Shown piece after piece: positions 13,212-28,200 of a stretch of 64,000 bases of DNA. The notes beneath the pieces were generated by a model. The model did no database searches. It was not told the DNA's origin and saw only the letters and a program-made list of their open reading frames with translations. The position numbers and the translations under genes are program-made. Each line of letters opens with the position of its first letter. Within the stretch, counting starts at the first letter, position 1. Origin of the DNA: Eledone cirrhosa (lineage: Eukaryota); NCBI GenBank assembly GCA_964016885.1, contig OZ024741.1:406906001-406970000 (forward strand), given 5' to 3'.

Positions 13212-16200
13212 GGACTAAGTCTATCTATATGTAATGTATATCTACAGTAATGTAGGACTAAGTCTATCTATCAATATGTAATGTATATCTACAGTAATGT
13301 AGGACTAAGTCTATCTATCAATATGTAATGTATATCTACAGTAATGTAGGACTAAGTCTATCTATCTATATGTAATGTATATCTACAGTAATGTAGGACT
13401 AAGTCTATCTATATGTAATGTATAGCTACAGTAATGTAGGACTAAGTCTATCTATCTATATGTAATGTATATCTACAGTAATGTAGGAGTAAGTCTATCT
13501 ATCTATATGTAATGTATATCTACAGTAATGTAGGACTAAGTCTATCTATCTATATGTAATGTATATCTACAGTAATGTAGGACTAAGTCTATCTATATGT
13601 AATGTATATCTACAGTAATGTAGGACTAAGTCTATCTATCTATATGTAATGTATATCTACAGTAATGTAGGACTAAGTCTATCTATATGTAATGTATATC
13701 TACAGTAATGTAGGAGTAAGTCTATCTATCTATATGTAATGTATATCTACAGTAATGTAGGGCTAAGTCTATCTATCTATATGTAATGTATATCTACAGT
13801 AATGTAGGACTAAGTCTATCTATATGTAATGTATATCTACAGTAATGTAGGACTAAGTCTATCTATCTATATGTAATGTATATCTACAGTAATGTAGGAC
13901 TAAGTCTATCTATATGTAATGTATATCTACAGTAATGTAGGACTAAGTCTATCTATCTATATGTAATGTATATCTACAGTAATGTAGGACTAAGTCTATC
14001 TATATGTAATGTATATCTACAGTAATGTAGGACTAAGTCTATCTATCTATATGTAATGTATATCTACAGTAATGTAGGACTAAGTCTATCTATATGTAAT
14101 GTATATCTACAGTAATGTAGGACTAAGTCTATCTATCTATATGTAATGTATATCTACAGTAATGTAGGAGTAAGTCTATCTATCTATATGTAATGTATAT
14201 CTACAGTAATGTAGGACTAAGTCTATCTATCTATATGTAATGTATATCTACAGTAATGTAGGACTAAGTCTATCTATATGTAATGTATATCTACAGTAAT
14301 GTAGGACTAAGTCTATCTATCTATATGTAATGTATATCTACAGTAATGTAGGAGTAAGTCTATCTATCTATATGTAATGTATATCTACAGTAATGTAGGA
14401 CTAAGTCTATCTATCTATATGTAATGTATATCTACAGTAATGTAGGACTAAGTCTATCTATATGTAATGTATATCTACAGTAATGTAGGACTAAGTCTAT
14501 CTATCTATATGTAATGTATATCTACAGTAATGTAGGACTAAGTCTATCTATCTATATGTAATGTATATCTACAGTAATGTAGGGCTAAGTCTATCTATCT
14601 ATATGTAATGTATATCTACAGTAATGTAGGACTAAGTCTATCTACTATATGTAATGTATATCTACAGTAATGTAGGACTAAGTCTATCTATCTATATGTA
14701 ATGTATGTCTACAGTAATGTAGGACTAAGTCTATCTATCTATATGTAATGTATATCTACAGTAATGTAGGAGTAAGTCTATCTATCTATATGTAATGTAT
14801 ATCTACAGTAATGTAGGACTAAGTCTATCTATCTATATGTAATGTATATCTACAGTAATGTAGGACTAAGTCTATCTACCTATATGTAATGTATATCTAC
14901 AGTAATGTAGGAGTAAGTCTATCTATCTATATGTAATGTATATCTACAGTAATGTAGGACTAAGTCTATCTATATGTAATGTATAGCTACAGTAATGTAG
15001 GACTAAGTCTATCTATCTATATGTAATGTATATCTACAGTAATGTAGGACTAAGTCTATCTATCTATATGTAATGTATATCTACAGTAATGTAGGACTAA
15101 GTCTATCTATATGTAATGTATATCTACAGTAATGTAGGACTAAGTCTATCTATATGTAATGTATATCTACAGTAATGTAGGACTAAGTCTATCTATCTAT
15201 ATGTAATGTATATCTACAGTAATGTAGGACTAAGTCTATCTATATGTAATGTATATCTACAGTAATGTAGGACTAAGTCTATCTATATGTAATGTATATC
15301 TACAGTAATGTAGGACTAAGTCTATCTATCTATATGTAATGTATATCTACAGTAATGTAGGACTAAGTCTATCTATATGTAATGTATATCTACAGTAATG
15401 TAGGACTAAGTCTATCTATATGTAATGTATATCTACAGTAATGTAGGACTAAGTCTATCTATCTATATGTAATGTATATCTACAGTAATGTAGGACTAAG
15501 TCTATCTATATGTAATGTATATCTACAGTAATGTAGGACTAAGTCTATCTATCTATATGTAATGTATATCTACAGTAATGTAGGACTAAGTCTATCTATC
15601 TATATGTAATGTATATCTACAGTAATGTAGGACTAAGTCTATCTATATGTAATGTATATCTACAGTAATGTAGGACTAAGTCTATCTATCTATATGTAAT
15701 GTATATCTACAGTAATGTAGGACTAAGTCTATCTATCTATATGTAATGTATATCTACAGTAATGTAGGACTAAGTCTATCTATCTATATGTAATGTATAT
15801 ATACAGTAATGTAGGACTAAGTCTATCTATCAATATGTAATGTATATCTACAGTAATGTAGGACTAAGTCTATCTATCAATATGTAATGTATATCTACAG
15901 TAATGTAGGACTAAGTCTATCTATCTATATGTAATGTATATCTACAGTAATGTAGGACTAAGTCTATCTATATGTAATGTATATCTACAGTAATGTAGGA
16001 CTAAGTCTATCTATCTATATGTAATGTATATCTACAGTAATGTAGGACTAAGTCTATCTATATGTAATGTATATCTACAGTAATGTAGGACTAAGTCTAT
16101 CTATATGTAATGTATATCTACAGTAATGTAGGACTAAGTCTATCTATATGTAATGTATATCTACAGAAATGTAGGACTAAGTCTATCTATATGTAATGTA

Positions 16201-19200
16201 TATCTACAGTAATGTAGGGCTAAGTCTATCTATATGTAATGTATATCTACAGTAATGTAGGACTAAGTCTATCTATCTATATGTAATGTATATCTACAGT
16301 AATGTAGGACTAAGTCTATCTATATGTAATGTATATCTACAGTAATGTAGGACTAAGTCTATCTATATGTAATGTATATCTACAGTAATGTAGGACTAAG
16401 TCTATCTATATGTAATGTATATCTACAGTAATGTAGGACTAAGTCTATCTATATGTAATGTATATCTACAGTAATGTAGGACTAAGTCTATCTATATGTA
16501 ATGTATATCTACAGTAATGTAGGACTAAGTCTATCTATATGTAATGTATATCTACAGTAATGTAGGAGTAAGTCTATCTATCTATATGTAATGTATATCT
16601 ACAGTAATGTAGGACTAAGTCTATCTATATGTAATGTATATCTACAGTAATGTAGGACTAAGTCTATCTATATGTAATGTATATCTACAGTAATGTAGGA
16701 GTAAGTCTATCTATATGTAATGTATATCTACAGTAATGTAGGACTAAGTCTATCTATATGTAATGTATATCTACAGTAATGTAGGACTAAGTCTATCTAT
16801 ATGTAATGTATATCTACAGTAATGTAGGACTAAGTCTATCTATATGTAATGTATATCTACAGTAATGTAGGACTAAGTCTATCTATCTATATGTAATGTA
16901 TATCTACAGTAATGTAGGAGTAAGTCTATCTATCTATATGTAATACAGTAATGTAGGACTAAGTCTATCTATCTATATGTAATGTATAGCTACAGTAATG
17001 TAGGACTAAGTCTATCTATCTATATGTAATGTATATCTACAGTAATGTAGGACTAAGTCTATCTATATGTAATGTATATCTACAGTAATGTAGGAGTAAG
17101 TCTATCTATATGTAATGTATATCTACAGTAATGTAGGACTAAGTCTATCTATATGTAATGTATATCTACAGTAATGTAGGACTAAGTCTATCTAAATGTA
17201 ATGTATATCTACAGTAATGTAGGACTAAGTCTATCTATATGTAATGTATATCTACAGTAATGTAGGACTAAGTCTTTCTATATGTAATGTATATCTACAG
17301 TAATGTAGGACTAAGTCTATCTATATGTAATGTATATCTACAGTAATGTAGGACTAAGTCTATCTATCTATATGTAATGTATATCTACAGTAATGTAGGA
17401 GTAAGACTATCTATATGTAATGTATATCTACAGTAATGTAGGACTAAGTCTATCTATATGTAATGTATATCTACAGTAATGTAGGAGTAAGTCTATCTAT
17501 ATGTAATGTATATCTACAGTAATGTAGGACTAAGTCTATCTATATGTAATGTATATCTACAGTAATGTAGGACTAAGTCTATCTATATGTAATGTATATC
17601 AATAGTAATGTAGGACTAAGTCTATCTATCTATATGTAATGTATATCTACAGTAATGTAGGACTAAGTCTATCTATCTATATGTAATGTATATCTACAGT
17701 AATGTAGGAGTAAGTCTATCTATCTATATGTAATGTATATCTACAGTAATGTAGGACTAAGTCTATCTATATGTAATGTATATCTACAGTAATGTAGGAC
17801 TAAGTCTATCTATATGTAATGTATATCTACAGTAATGTAGGACTAAGTCTATCTATATGTAATGTATATCTACAGTAATGTAGGACTAAGTCTATCTATA
17901 TGTAATGTATATCTACAGTAATGTAGGACTAAGTCTATCTATATGTAATGTATATCTACAGTAATGTAGGACTAAGTCTATCTATATGTAATGTATATCT
18001 ACAGTAATGTAGGAGTAAGTCTATCTATCTATATGTAATGTATATCTACAGTAATGTAGGACTAAGTCTATCTATCTATATGTAATGTATATCTACAGTA
18101 ATGTAGGACTAAGTCTATCTATATGTAATGTATATCTACAGTAATGTAGGACTAAGTCTATCTATCTATATGTAATGTATATCTACAGTAATGTAGGACT
18201 AAGTCTATCTATCTATATGTAATGTATATCTACAGTAATGTAGGACTAAGTCTATCTATCTATATGTAATGTATATATACAGTAATGTAGGACTAAGTCT
18301 ATCTATCAATATGTAATGTATATCTACAGTAATGTAGGACTAAGTCTATCTATCAATATGTAATGTATATCTACAGTAATGTAGGACTAAGTCTATCTAT
18401 CTATATGTAATGTATATCTACAGTAATGTAGGACTAAGTCTATCTATATGTAATGTATATCTACAGTAATGTAGGACTAAGTCTATCTATCTATATGTAA
18501 TGTATATCTACAGTAATGTAGGACTAAGTCTATCTATATGTAATGTATATCTACAGTAATGTAGGACTAAGTCTATCTATATGTAATGTATATCTACAGT
18601 AATGTAGGACTAAGTCTATCTATATGTAATGTATATCTACAGTAATGTAGGACTAAGTCTATCTATATGTAATGTATATCTACAGTAATGTAGGGCTAAG
18701 TCTATCTATATGTAATGTATATCTACAGTAATGTAGGACTAAGTCTATCTATCTATATGTAATGTATATCTACAGTAATGTAGGACTAAGTCTATCTATA
18801 TGTAATGTATATCTACAGTAATGTAGGACTAAGTCTATCTATATGTAATGTATATCTACAGTAATGTAGGGCTAAGTCTATCTATATGTAATGTATATCT
18901 ACAGTAATGTAGGACTAAGTCTATCTATCTATATGTAATGTATATCTACAGTAATGTAGGACTAAGTCTATCTATCTATATGTAATGTATATATACAGTA
19001 ATGTAGGACTACGTCTATCTATCTATATGTAATGTATATCTACAGTAATGTAGGACTAAGTCTATCTATATGTAATGTATATCTACAGTAATGTAGGAGT
19101 AAGTCTATCTACCTATATGTAATGTATATCTACAGTAATGTAGGACTAAGTCTATCTATCTATATGTAATGTATATCTACAGTAATGTAGGACTAAGTCT

Positions 19201-22200
19201 ATCTATATGTAATGTATATCTACAGTAATGTAGGAGTAAGTCTATCTACCTATATGTAATGTATATCTACAGTAATGTAGGACTAAGTCTATCTATCTAT
19301 ATGTAACGTATATCTACAGTAATGTAGGAGTAAGTCTATCTACCTATATGTAATGTATATCTACAGTAATGTAGGACTAAGTCTATCTACCTATATGTAA
19401 TGTATATCTACAGTAATGTAGGACTAAGTCTATCTATCTATATGTAATGTATATCTACAGTAATGTAGGACTAAGTCTATCTATATGTAATGTATATCTA
19501 CAGTAATGTAGGAGTAAGTCTATCTACCTATATGTAATGTATATCTACAGTAATGTAGGACTAAGTCTATCTATCTATATGTAATGTATATCTACAGTAA
19601 TGTAGGACTAAGTCTATCTATATGTAATGTATATCTACAGTAATGTAGGACTAAGTCTATCTAACTATATGTAATGTATATCTACAGTAATGTAGGACTA
19701 AGTCTATCTATATGTAATGTATATCTACAGTAATGTAGGACTAAGTCTATCTACCTATATGTAATGTATATCTACAGTAATGTAGGACTAAGTCTATCTA
19801 TCTATATGTAATGTATATCTACACTAATGTAGGACTAAGTCTATCTATCTATATGTAATGTATATCTACAGTAATGTAGGACTAAGTCTATCTATCTATA
19901 TGTAATGTATATCTACAGTAATGTAGGACTAAGTCTATCTACCTATATGTAATGTATATCTACAGTAATGTAGGACTAAGTCTATCTATCTATATGTAAT
20001 GTATATCTACAGTAATGTAGGACTAAGTCTATCTACCTATATGTAATGTATATCTACAGTAATGTAGGACTAAGTCTATCTATCTATATGTAATGTATAT
20101 CTACAGTAATGTAGTACTAAGTCTATCTATATGTAATGTATATCTACAGTAATGTAGGACTAAGTCTATCTATCTATATGTAATGTATATCTACAGTAAT
20201 GTAGGAGTAAGTCTATCTATCTATATGTAATGTATATCTACAGTAATGTAGGACTAAGTCTATCTATCAATATGTAATGTATATCTACAGTAATGTAGGA
20301 CTAAGTCTATCTATCTATATGTAATGTATATCTACAGTAATGTAGGACTAAGTCTATCTATCAATATGTAATGTATATCTACAGTAATGTAGGACTAAGT
20401 CTATCTACCTATATGTAATGTATATCTACAGTAATGTAGGACTAAGTCTATCTATCTATATGTAATGTATATCTACAGTAATGTAGGACTAAGTCTATCT
20501 ATATGTAATGTATATCTACAGTAATGTAGGACAAGTCTATCTATCAATATGTAATGTATATCTACAGTAATGTAGGACTAAGTCTATCTATCTATATGTA
20601 ATGTATATCTACAGTAATGTAGGACTTAGTCTATCTATCTATATGTAATGTATATCTACAGTAATGTAGGACTAAGTCTATCTATATGTAATGTATATCT
20701 ACAGTAATGTAGGACTAAGTCTATCTATATGTAATGTATATCTACAGTAATGTAGGACTAAGTCTATCTATCTATATGTAATGTATATCTACAGTAATGT
20801 AGGACTAAGTCTATCTATATGTAATGTATATCTACAGTAATGTAGGACTAAGTCTATCTATATGTAATGTATATCTACAGTAATGTAGGACTAAGTCTAT
20901 CTATCTATATGTAACGTATATCTACAGTAATGTAGGACTAAGTCTATCAATATGTAATGTATATCTACAGTAATGTAGGACTAAGTCTATCTATATGTAA
21001 TGTATATCTACAGTAATGTAGGAGTAAGTCTATCTATCTATATGTAATGTATATCTACAGTAATGTAGGACTAAGTCTATCTATCTATATGTAATGTATA
21101 TCTACAGTAATGTAGGACTAAGTCTATCTATCTATATGTAATGTATATCTACAGTAATGTAGGAGTAAGTCTATCTATCTATATGTAATGTATATCTACA
21201 GTAATGTAGGACTAAGTCTATCTATCTATATGTAATGTATATCTACAGTAATGTAGGACTAAGTCTATCTATCTATATGTAATGTATATCTACAGTAATG
21301 TAGGGCTAAGTCTATCTATCTATATGTAATGTATATATACAGTAATGTAGGACTAAGTCTATCTATATGTAATGTATATCTACAGTAATGTAGGACTAAG
21401 TCTATCTATCAATATGTAATGTATATCTACAGTAATGTAGGACTAAGTCTATCTATCTATATGTAATGTATATCTACAGTAATGTAGGACTAAGTCTATC
21501 TATATGTAATGTATATCTACAGTAATGTAGGACTAAGTCTATCTATATGTAATGTATATCTACAGTAATGTAGGACTAAGTCTATCTATATGTAATGTAT
21601 ATCTACAGTAATGTAGGACTAAGTCTATCTATATGTAATGTATATCTACAGTAATGTAGGACTAAGTCTATCTATATGTAATGTATATCTACAGTAATGT
21701 AGGAGTAAGTCTATCTACCTATATGTAATGTATATCTACAGTAATGTAGGACTAAGTCTATCTATCTATATGTAATGTATATCTACAGTAATGTAGGACT
21801 AAGTCTATCTATCTATATGTAATGTATATCTACAGTAATGTAGGACTAAGTCTATCTATATGTAATGTATATCTACAGTAATGTAGGACTAAGTCTATCT
21901 ATCTATATGTAATGTATATCTACAGTAATGTAGGACTAAGTCTATCTATCTATATGTAATGTATATCTACAGTAATGTAGGACTAAGTCTATCTATCTAT
22001 ATGTAATGTATATATACAGTAATGTAGGACTAAGTCTATCTATCAATATGTAATGTATATCTACAGTAATGTAGGACTAAGTCTATCTATCAATATGTAA
22101 TGTATATCTACAGTAATGTAGGACTAAGTCTATCTATCTATATGTAATGTATATCTACAGTAATGTAGGACTAAGTCTATCTATATGTAATGTATATCTA

Positions 22201-25200
22201 CAGTAATGTAGGACTAAGTCTATCTATCTATATGTAATGTATATCTACAGTAATGTAGGACTTAGTCTATCTATATGTAATGTATATCTACAGTAATGTA
22301 GGACTAAGTCTATCTATATGTAATGTATATCTACAGTAATGTAGGACTAAGTCTATCTATATGTAATGTATATCTACAGTAATGTAGGACTAAGTCTATC
22401 TATATGTAATGTATATCTACAGTAATGTAGGGCTAAGTCTATCTATATGTAATGTATATCTACAGTAATGTAGGACTAAGTCTATCTATCTATATGTAAT
22501 GTATATCTACAGTAATGTAGGACTAAGTCTATCTATATGTAATGTATATCTACAGTAATGTAGGACTAAGTCTATCTATATGTAATGTATATCTACAGTA
22601 ATGTAGGGCTAAGTCTATCTATATGTAATGTATATCTACAGTAATGTAGGACTAAGTCTATCTATCTATATGTAATGTATATCTACAGTAATGTAGGACT
22701 AAGTCTATCTATCTATATGTAATGTATATATACAGTAATGTAGGACTACGTCTATCTATCTATATGTAATGTATATCTACAGTAATGTAGGACTAAGTCT
22801 ATCTATATGTAATGTATATCTACAGTAATGTAGGAGTAAGTCTATCTACCTATATGTAATGTATATCTACAGTAATGTAGGACTAAGTCTATCTATCTAT
22901 ATGTAATGTATATCTACAGTAATGTAGGACTAAGTCTATCTATATGTAATGTATATCTACAGTAATGTAGGAGTAAGTCTATCTACCTATATGTAATGTA
23001 TATCTACAGTAATGTAGGACTAAGTCTATCTATCTATATGTAATGTATATCTACAGTAATGTAGGAGTAAGTCTATCTACCTATATGTAATGTATATCTA
23101 CAGTAATGTAGGACTAAGTCTATCTACCTATATGTAATGTATATCTACAGTAATGTAGGACTAAGTCTATCTATCTATATGTAATGTATATCTACAGTAA
23201 TGTAGGACTAAGTCTATCTATATGTAATGTATATCTACAGTAATGTAGGACTAAGTCTATCTATATGTAATGTATATCTACAGTAATGTAGGACTAAGTC
23301 TATCTATCTATATGTAATGTATATCTACAGTAATGTAGGACTAAGTCTATCTATATGTAATGTATATCTACAGTAATGTAGGACTAAGTCTATCTACCTA
23401 TATGTAATGTATATCTACAGTAATGTAGGACTAAGTCTATCTATCTATATGTAATGTATATCTACACTAATGTAGGACTAAGTCTATCTATCTATATGTA
23501 ATGTATATCTACAGTAATGTAGGACTAAGTCTATCTATCTATATGTAATGTATATCTAGAGTAATGTAGGACTAAGTCTATCTATATTTAATGTATATCT
23601 ACAGTAATGTAGGACTAAGTCTATCTACCTATATGTAATGTATATCTACAGTAATGTAGGACTAAGTCTATCTATCTATATGTAATGTATATCTACAGTA
23701 ATGTAGGACTAAGTCTATCTATATGTAATGTATATCTACAGTAATGTAGGACTAAGTCTATCTATCTATATGTAATGTATATCTACAGTAATGTAGGAGT
23801 AAGTCTATCTATCTATATGTAATGTATATCTACAGTAATGTAGGACTAAGTCTATCTATCAATATGTAATGTATATCTACAGTAATGTAGGACTAAGTCT
23901 ATCTATCTATATGTAATGTATATCTACAGTAATGTAGGACTAAGTCTATCTATCTATATGTAATGTATATCTACAGTAATGTAGGACTAAGTCTATCTAT
24001 CAATATGTAATGTATATCTACAGTAATGTAGGACTAAGTCTATCTATCTATATGTAATGTATATCTACAGTAATGTAGGACTAAGTCTATCTATCTATAT
24101 GTAATGTATATCTACAGTAATGTAGGACAAGTCTATCTATCAATATGTAATGTATATCTACAGTAATGTAGGACTAAGTCTATCTATCTATATGTAATGT
24201 ATATCTACAGTAATGTAGGACTAAGTCTATCTATCTATATGTAATGTATATCTACAGTAATGTAGGACTAAGTCTATCTATCTATATGTAATGTATATCT
24301 ACATTAATGTAGGACTAAGTCTATCTATCTATATGTAATGTATATCTACAGTAATGTAGGACTAAGTCTATCTATATGTAATGTATATCTACAGTAATGT
24401 AGGACTAAGTCTATCTATCTATATGTAATGTATATCTACAGTAATGTAGGACTAAGTCTATCTATATGTAATGTATATCTACAGTAATGTAGGACTAAGT
24501 CTATCTATCTATATGTAATGTATATCTACAGTAATGTAGGACTAAGTCTATCTATCTATATGTAATGTATATCTACAGTAATGTAGGACTAAGTCTATCT
24601 ATCTATATGTAATGTATATCTACAGTAATGTAGGACTAAGTCTATCTATCTATATGTAATGTATATCTACAGTAATGTAGGACTAAGTCTATCTATATGT
24701 AATGTATATCTACAGTAATGTAGGACTAAGTCTATCTATATGTAATGTATATCTACAGTAATGTAGGACTAAGTCTATCTATCTATATGTAACGTATATC
24801 TACAGTAATGTAGGACTAAGTCTATCAATATGTAATGTATATCTACAGTAATGTAGGACTAAGTCTATCTATATGTAATGTATATCTACAGTAATGTAGG
24901 AGTAAGTCTATCTATCTATATGTAATGTATATCTACAGTAATGTAGGAGTAAGTCTATCTACCTATATGTAATGTATATCTACAGTAATGTAGGACTAAG
25001 TCTATCTATCTATATGTAATGTATATCTACAGTAATGTAGGACTAAGTCTATCTATATGTAATGTATATCTACAGTAATGTAGGAGTAAGTCTATCTACC
25101 TATATGTAATGTATATCTACAGTAATGTAGGACTAAGTCTATCTATCTATATGTAATGTATATCTACAGTAATGTAGGAGTAAGTCTATCTACCTATATG

Positions 25201-28200
25201 TAATGTATATCTACAGTAATGTAGGACTAAGTCTATCTACCTATATGTAATGTATATCTACAGTAATGTAGGACTAAGTCTATCTATCTATATGTAATGT
25301 ATATCTACAGTAATGTAGGACTAAGTCTATCTATATGTAATGTATATCTACAGTAATGTAGGACTAAGTCTATCTATATGTAATGTATATCTACAGTAAT
25401 GTAGGACTAAGTCTATCTATCTATATGTAATGTATATCTACAGTAATGTAGGACTAAGTCTATCTATATGTAATGTATATCTACAGTAATGTAGGACTAA
25501 GTCTATCTACCTATATGTAATGTATATCTACAGTAATGTAGGACTAAGTCTATCTATCTATATGTAATGTATATCTACACTAATGTAGGACTAAGTCTAT
25601 CTATCTATATGTAATGTATATCTACAGTAATGTAGGACTAAGTCTATCTATCTATATGTAATGTATATCTAGAGTAATGTAGGACTAAGTCTATCTATAT
25701 TTAATGTATCTCTACAGTAATGTAGGACTAAGTCTATCTACCTATATGTAATGTATATCTACAGTAATGTAGGACTAAGTCTATCTATCTATATGTAATG
25801 TATATCTACAGTAATGTAGGACTAAGTCTATCTATATGTAATGTATATCTACAGTAATGTAGGACTAAGTCTATCTATCTATATGTAATGTATATCTACA
25901 GTAATGTAGGAGTAAGTCTATCTATCTATATGTAATGTATATCTACAGTAATGTAGGACTAAGTCTATCTATCAATATGTAATGTATATCTACAGTAATG
26001 TAGGACTAAGTCTATCTATCTATATGTAATGTATATCTACAGTAATGTAGGACTAAGTCTATCTATCTATATGTAATGTATATCTACAGTAATGTAGGAC
26101 TAAGTCTATCTATCAATATGTAATGTATATCTACAGTAATGTAGGACTAAGTCTATCTATCTATATGTAATGTATATCTACAGTAATGTAGGACTAAGTC
26201 TATCTATCTATATGTAATGTATATCTACAGTAATGTAGGACAAGTCTATCTATCAATATGTAATGTATATCTACAGTAATGTAGGACTAAGTCTATCTAT
26301 CTATATGTAATGTATATCTACAGTAATGTAGGACTAAGTCTATCTATCTATATGTAATGTATATCTACAGTAATGTAGGACTAAGTCTATCTATCTATAT
26401 GTAATGTATATCTACATTAATGTAGGACTAAGTCTATCTATCTATATGTAATGTATATCTACAGTAATGTAGGACTAAGTCTATCTATATGTAATGTATA
26501 TCTACAGTAATGTAGGACTAAGTCTATCTATCTATATGTAATGTATATCTACAGTAATGTAGGACTAAGTCTATCTATATGTAATGTATATCTACAGTAA
26601 TGTAGGACTAAGTCTATCTATCTATATGTAATGTATATCTACAGTAATGTAGGACTAAGTCTATCTATCTATATGTAATGTATATCTACAGTAATGTAGG
26701 ACTAAGTCTATCTATATGTAATGTATATCTACAGTAATGTAGGACTAAGTCTATCTATCTATATGTAATGTATATCTACAGTAATGTAGGAGTAAGTCTA
26801 TGTATCTATATGTAATGTATATCTACAGTAATATAGGACTAAGTCTATCTACCTATATGTAATGTATATCTACAGTAATGTAGGACTAAGTCTATCTATA
26901 TGTAATGTATATCTACAGTAATGTAGGAGTAAGTCTATCTATCTATATGTAATGTATATCTACAGTAATGTAGGAGTAAGTCTATCTACCTATATGTAAT
27001 GTATATCTACAGTAATGTAGGAGTAAGTCTATCTACCTATATGTAATGTATATCTACAGTAATGTAGGACTAAGTCTATCTATCAATATGTAATGTATAT
27101 CTACAGTAATGTAGGAGTAAGTCTATCTATCTATATGTAATGTATATCTACAGTAATGTAGGACTAAGTCTATCTATCTATATGTAATGTATACCTACAG
27201 TAATGTAGGACTAAGTCTATCTATCTATATGTAATGTATATCTACAGTAATGTAGGACTAAGTCTATCTATCTATATGTAATGTATATCTACAGTAATGT
27301 AGGACTAAGTCTATCTATATGTAATGTATATCTACAGTAATGTAGGACTAAGTCTATCTATATGTAATGTATATCTACAGTAATGTAGGACTAAGTCTAT
27401 CTATCTATATGTAACGTATATCTACAGTAATGTAGGACTAAGTCTATCAATATGTAATGTATATCTACAGTAATGTAGGACTAAGTCTATCTATATGTAA
27501 TGTATATCTACAGTAATGTAGGAGTAAGTCTATCTATCTATATGTAATGTATATCTACAGTAATGTAGGACTAAGTCTATCTACCTATATGTAATGTATA
27601 TCTACAGTAATGTAGGAGTAAGTCTATCTATCTATATGTAATGTATATCTACAGTAATGTAGGACTAAGTCTATCTATATGTAATGTATATCTACAGTAA
27701 TGTAGGACTAAGTCTATCTATCTATATGTAATGTATATCTACAGTAATGTAGGACTAAGTCTATCTATCTATATGTAATGTATATCTACAGTAATGTAGG
27801 GCTAAGTCTATCTACCTATATGTAATGTATATCTACAGTAATGTAGGACTAAGTCTATCTATATGTAATGTATATCTACAGTAATGTAGGACTAAGTCTA
27901 TCTATCTATATGTAATGTATATCTACAGTAATGTAGGACTAAGTCTATCTATCTATATGTAATGTATATCTACAGTAATGTAGGGCTAAGTCTATCTATC
28001 TATATGTAATGTATATATACAGTAATGTAGGACTAAGTCTATCTATATGTAATGTATATCTACAGTAATGTAGGACTAAGTCTATCTATCAATATGTAAT
28101 GTATATCTACAGTAATGTAGGACTAAGTCTATCTATCTATATGTAATGTATATCTACAGTAATGTAGGACTAAGTCTATCTATATGTAATGTATATATAC

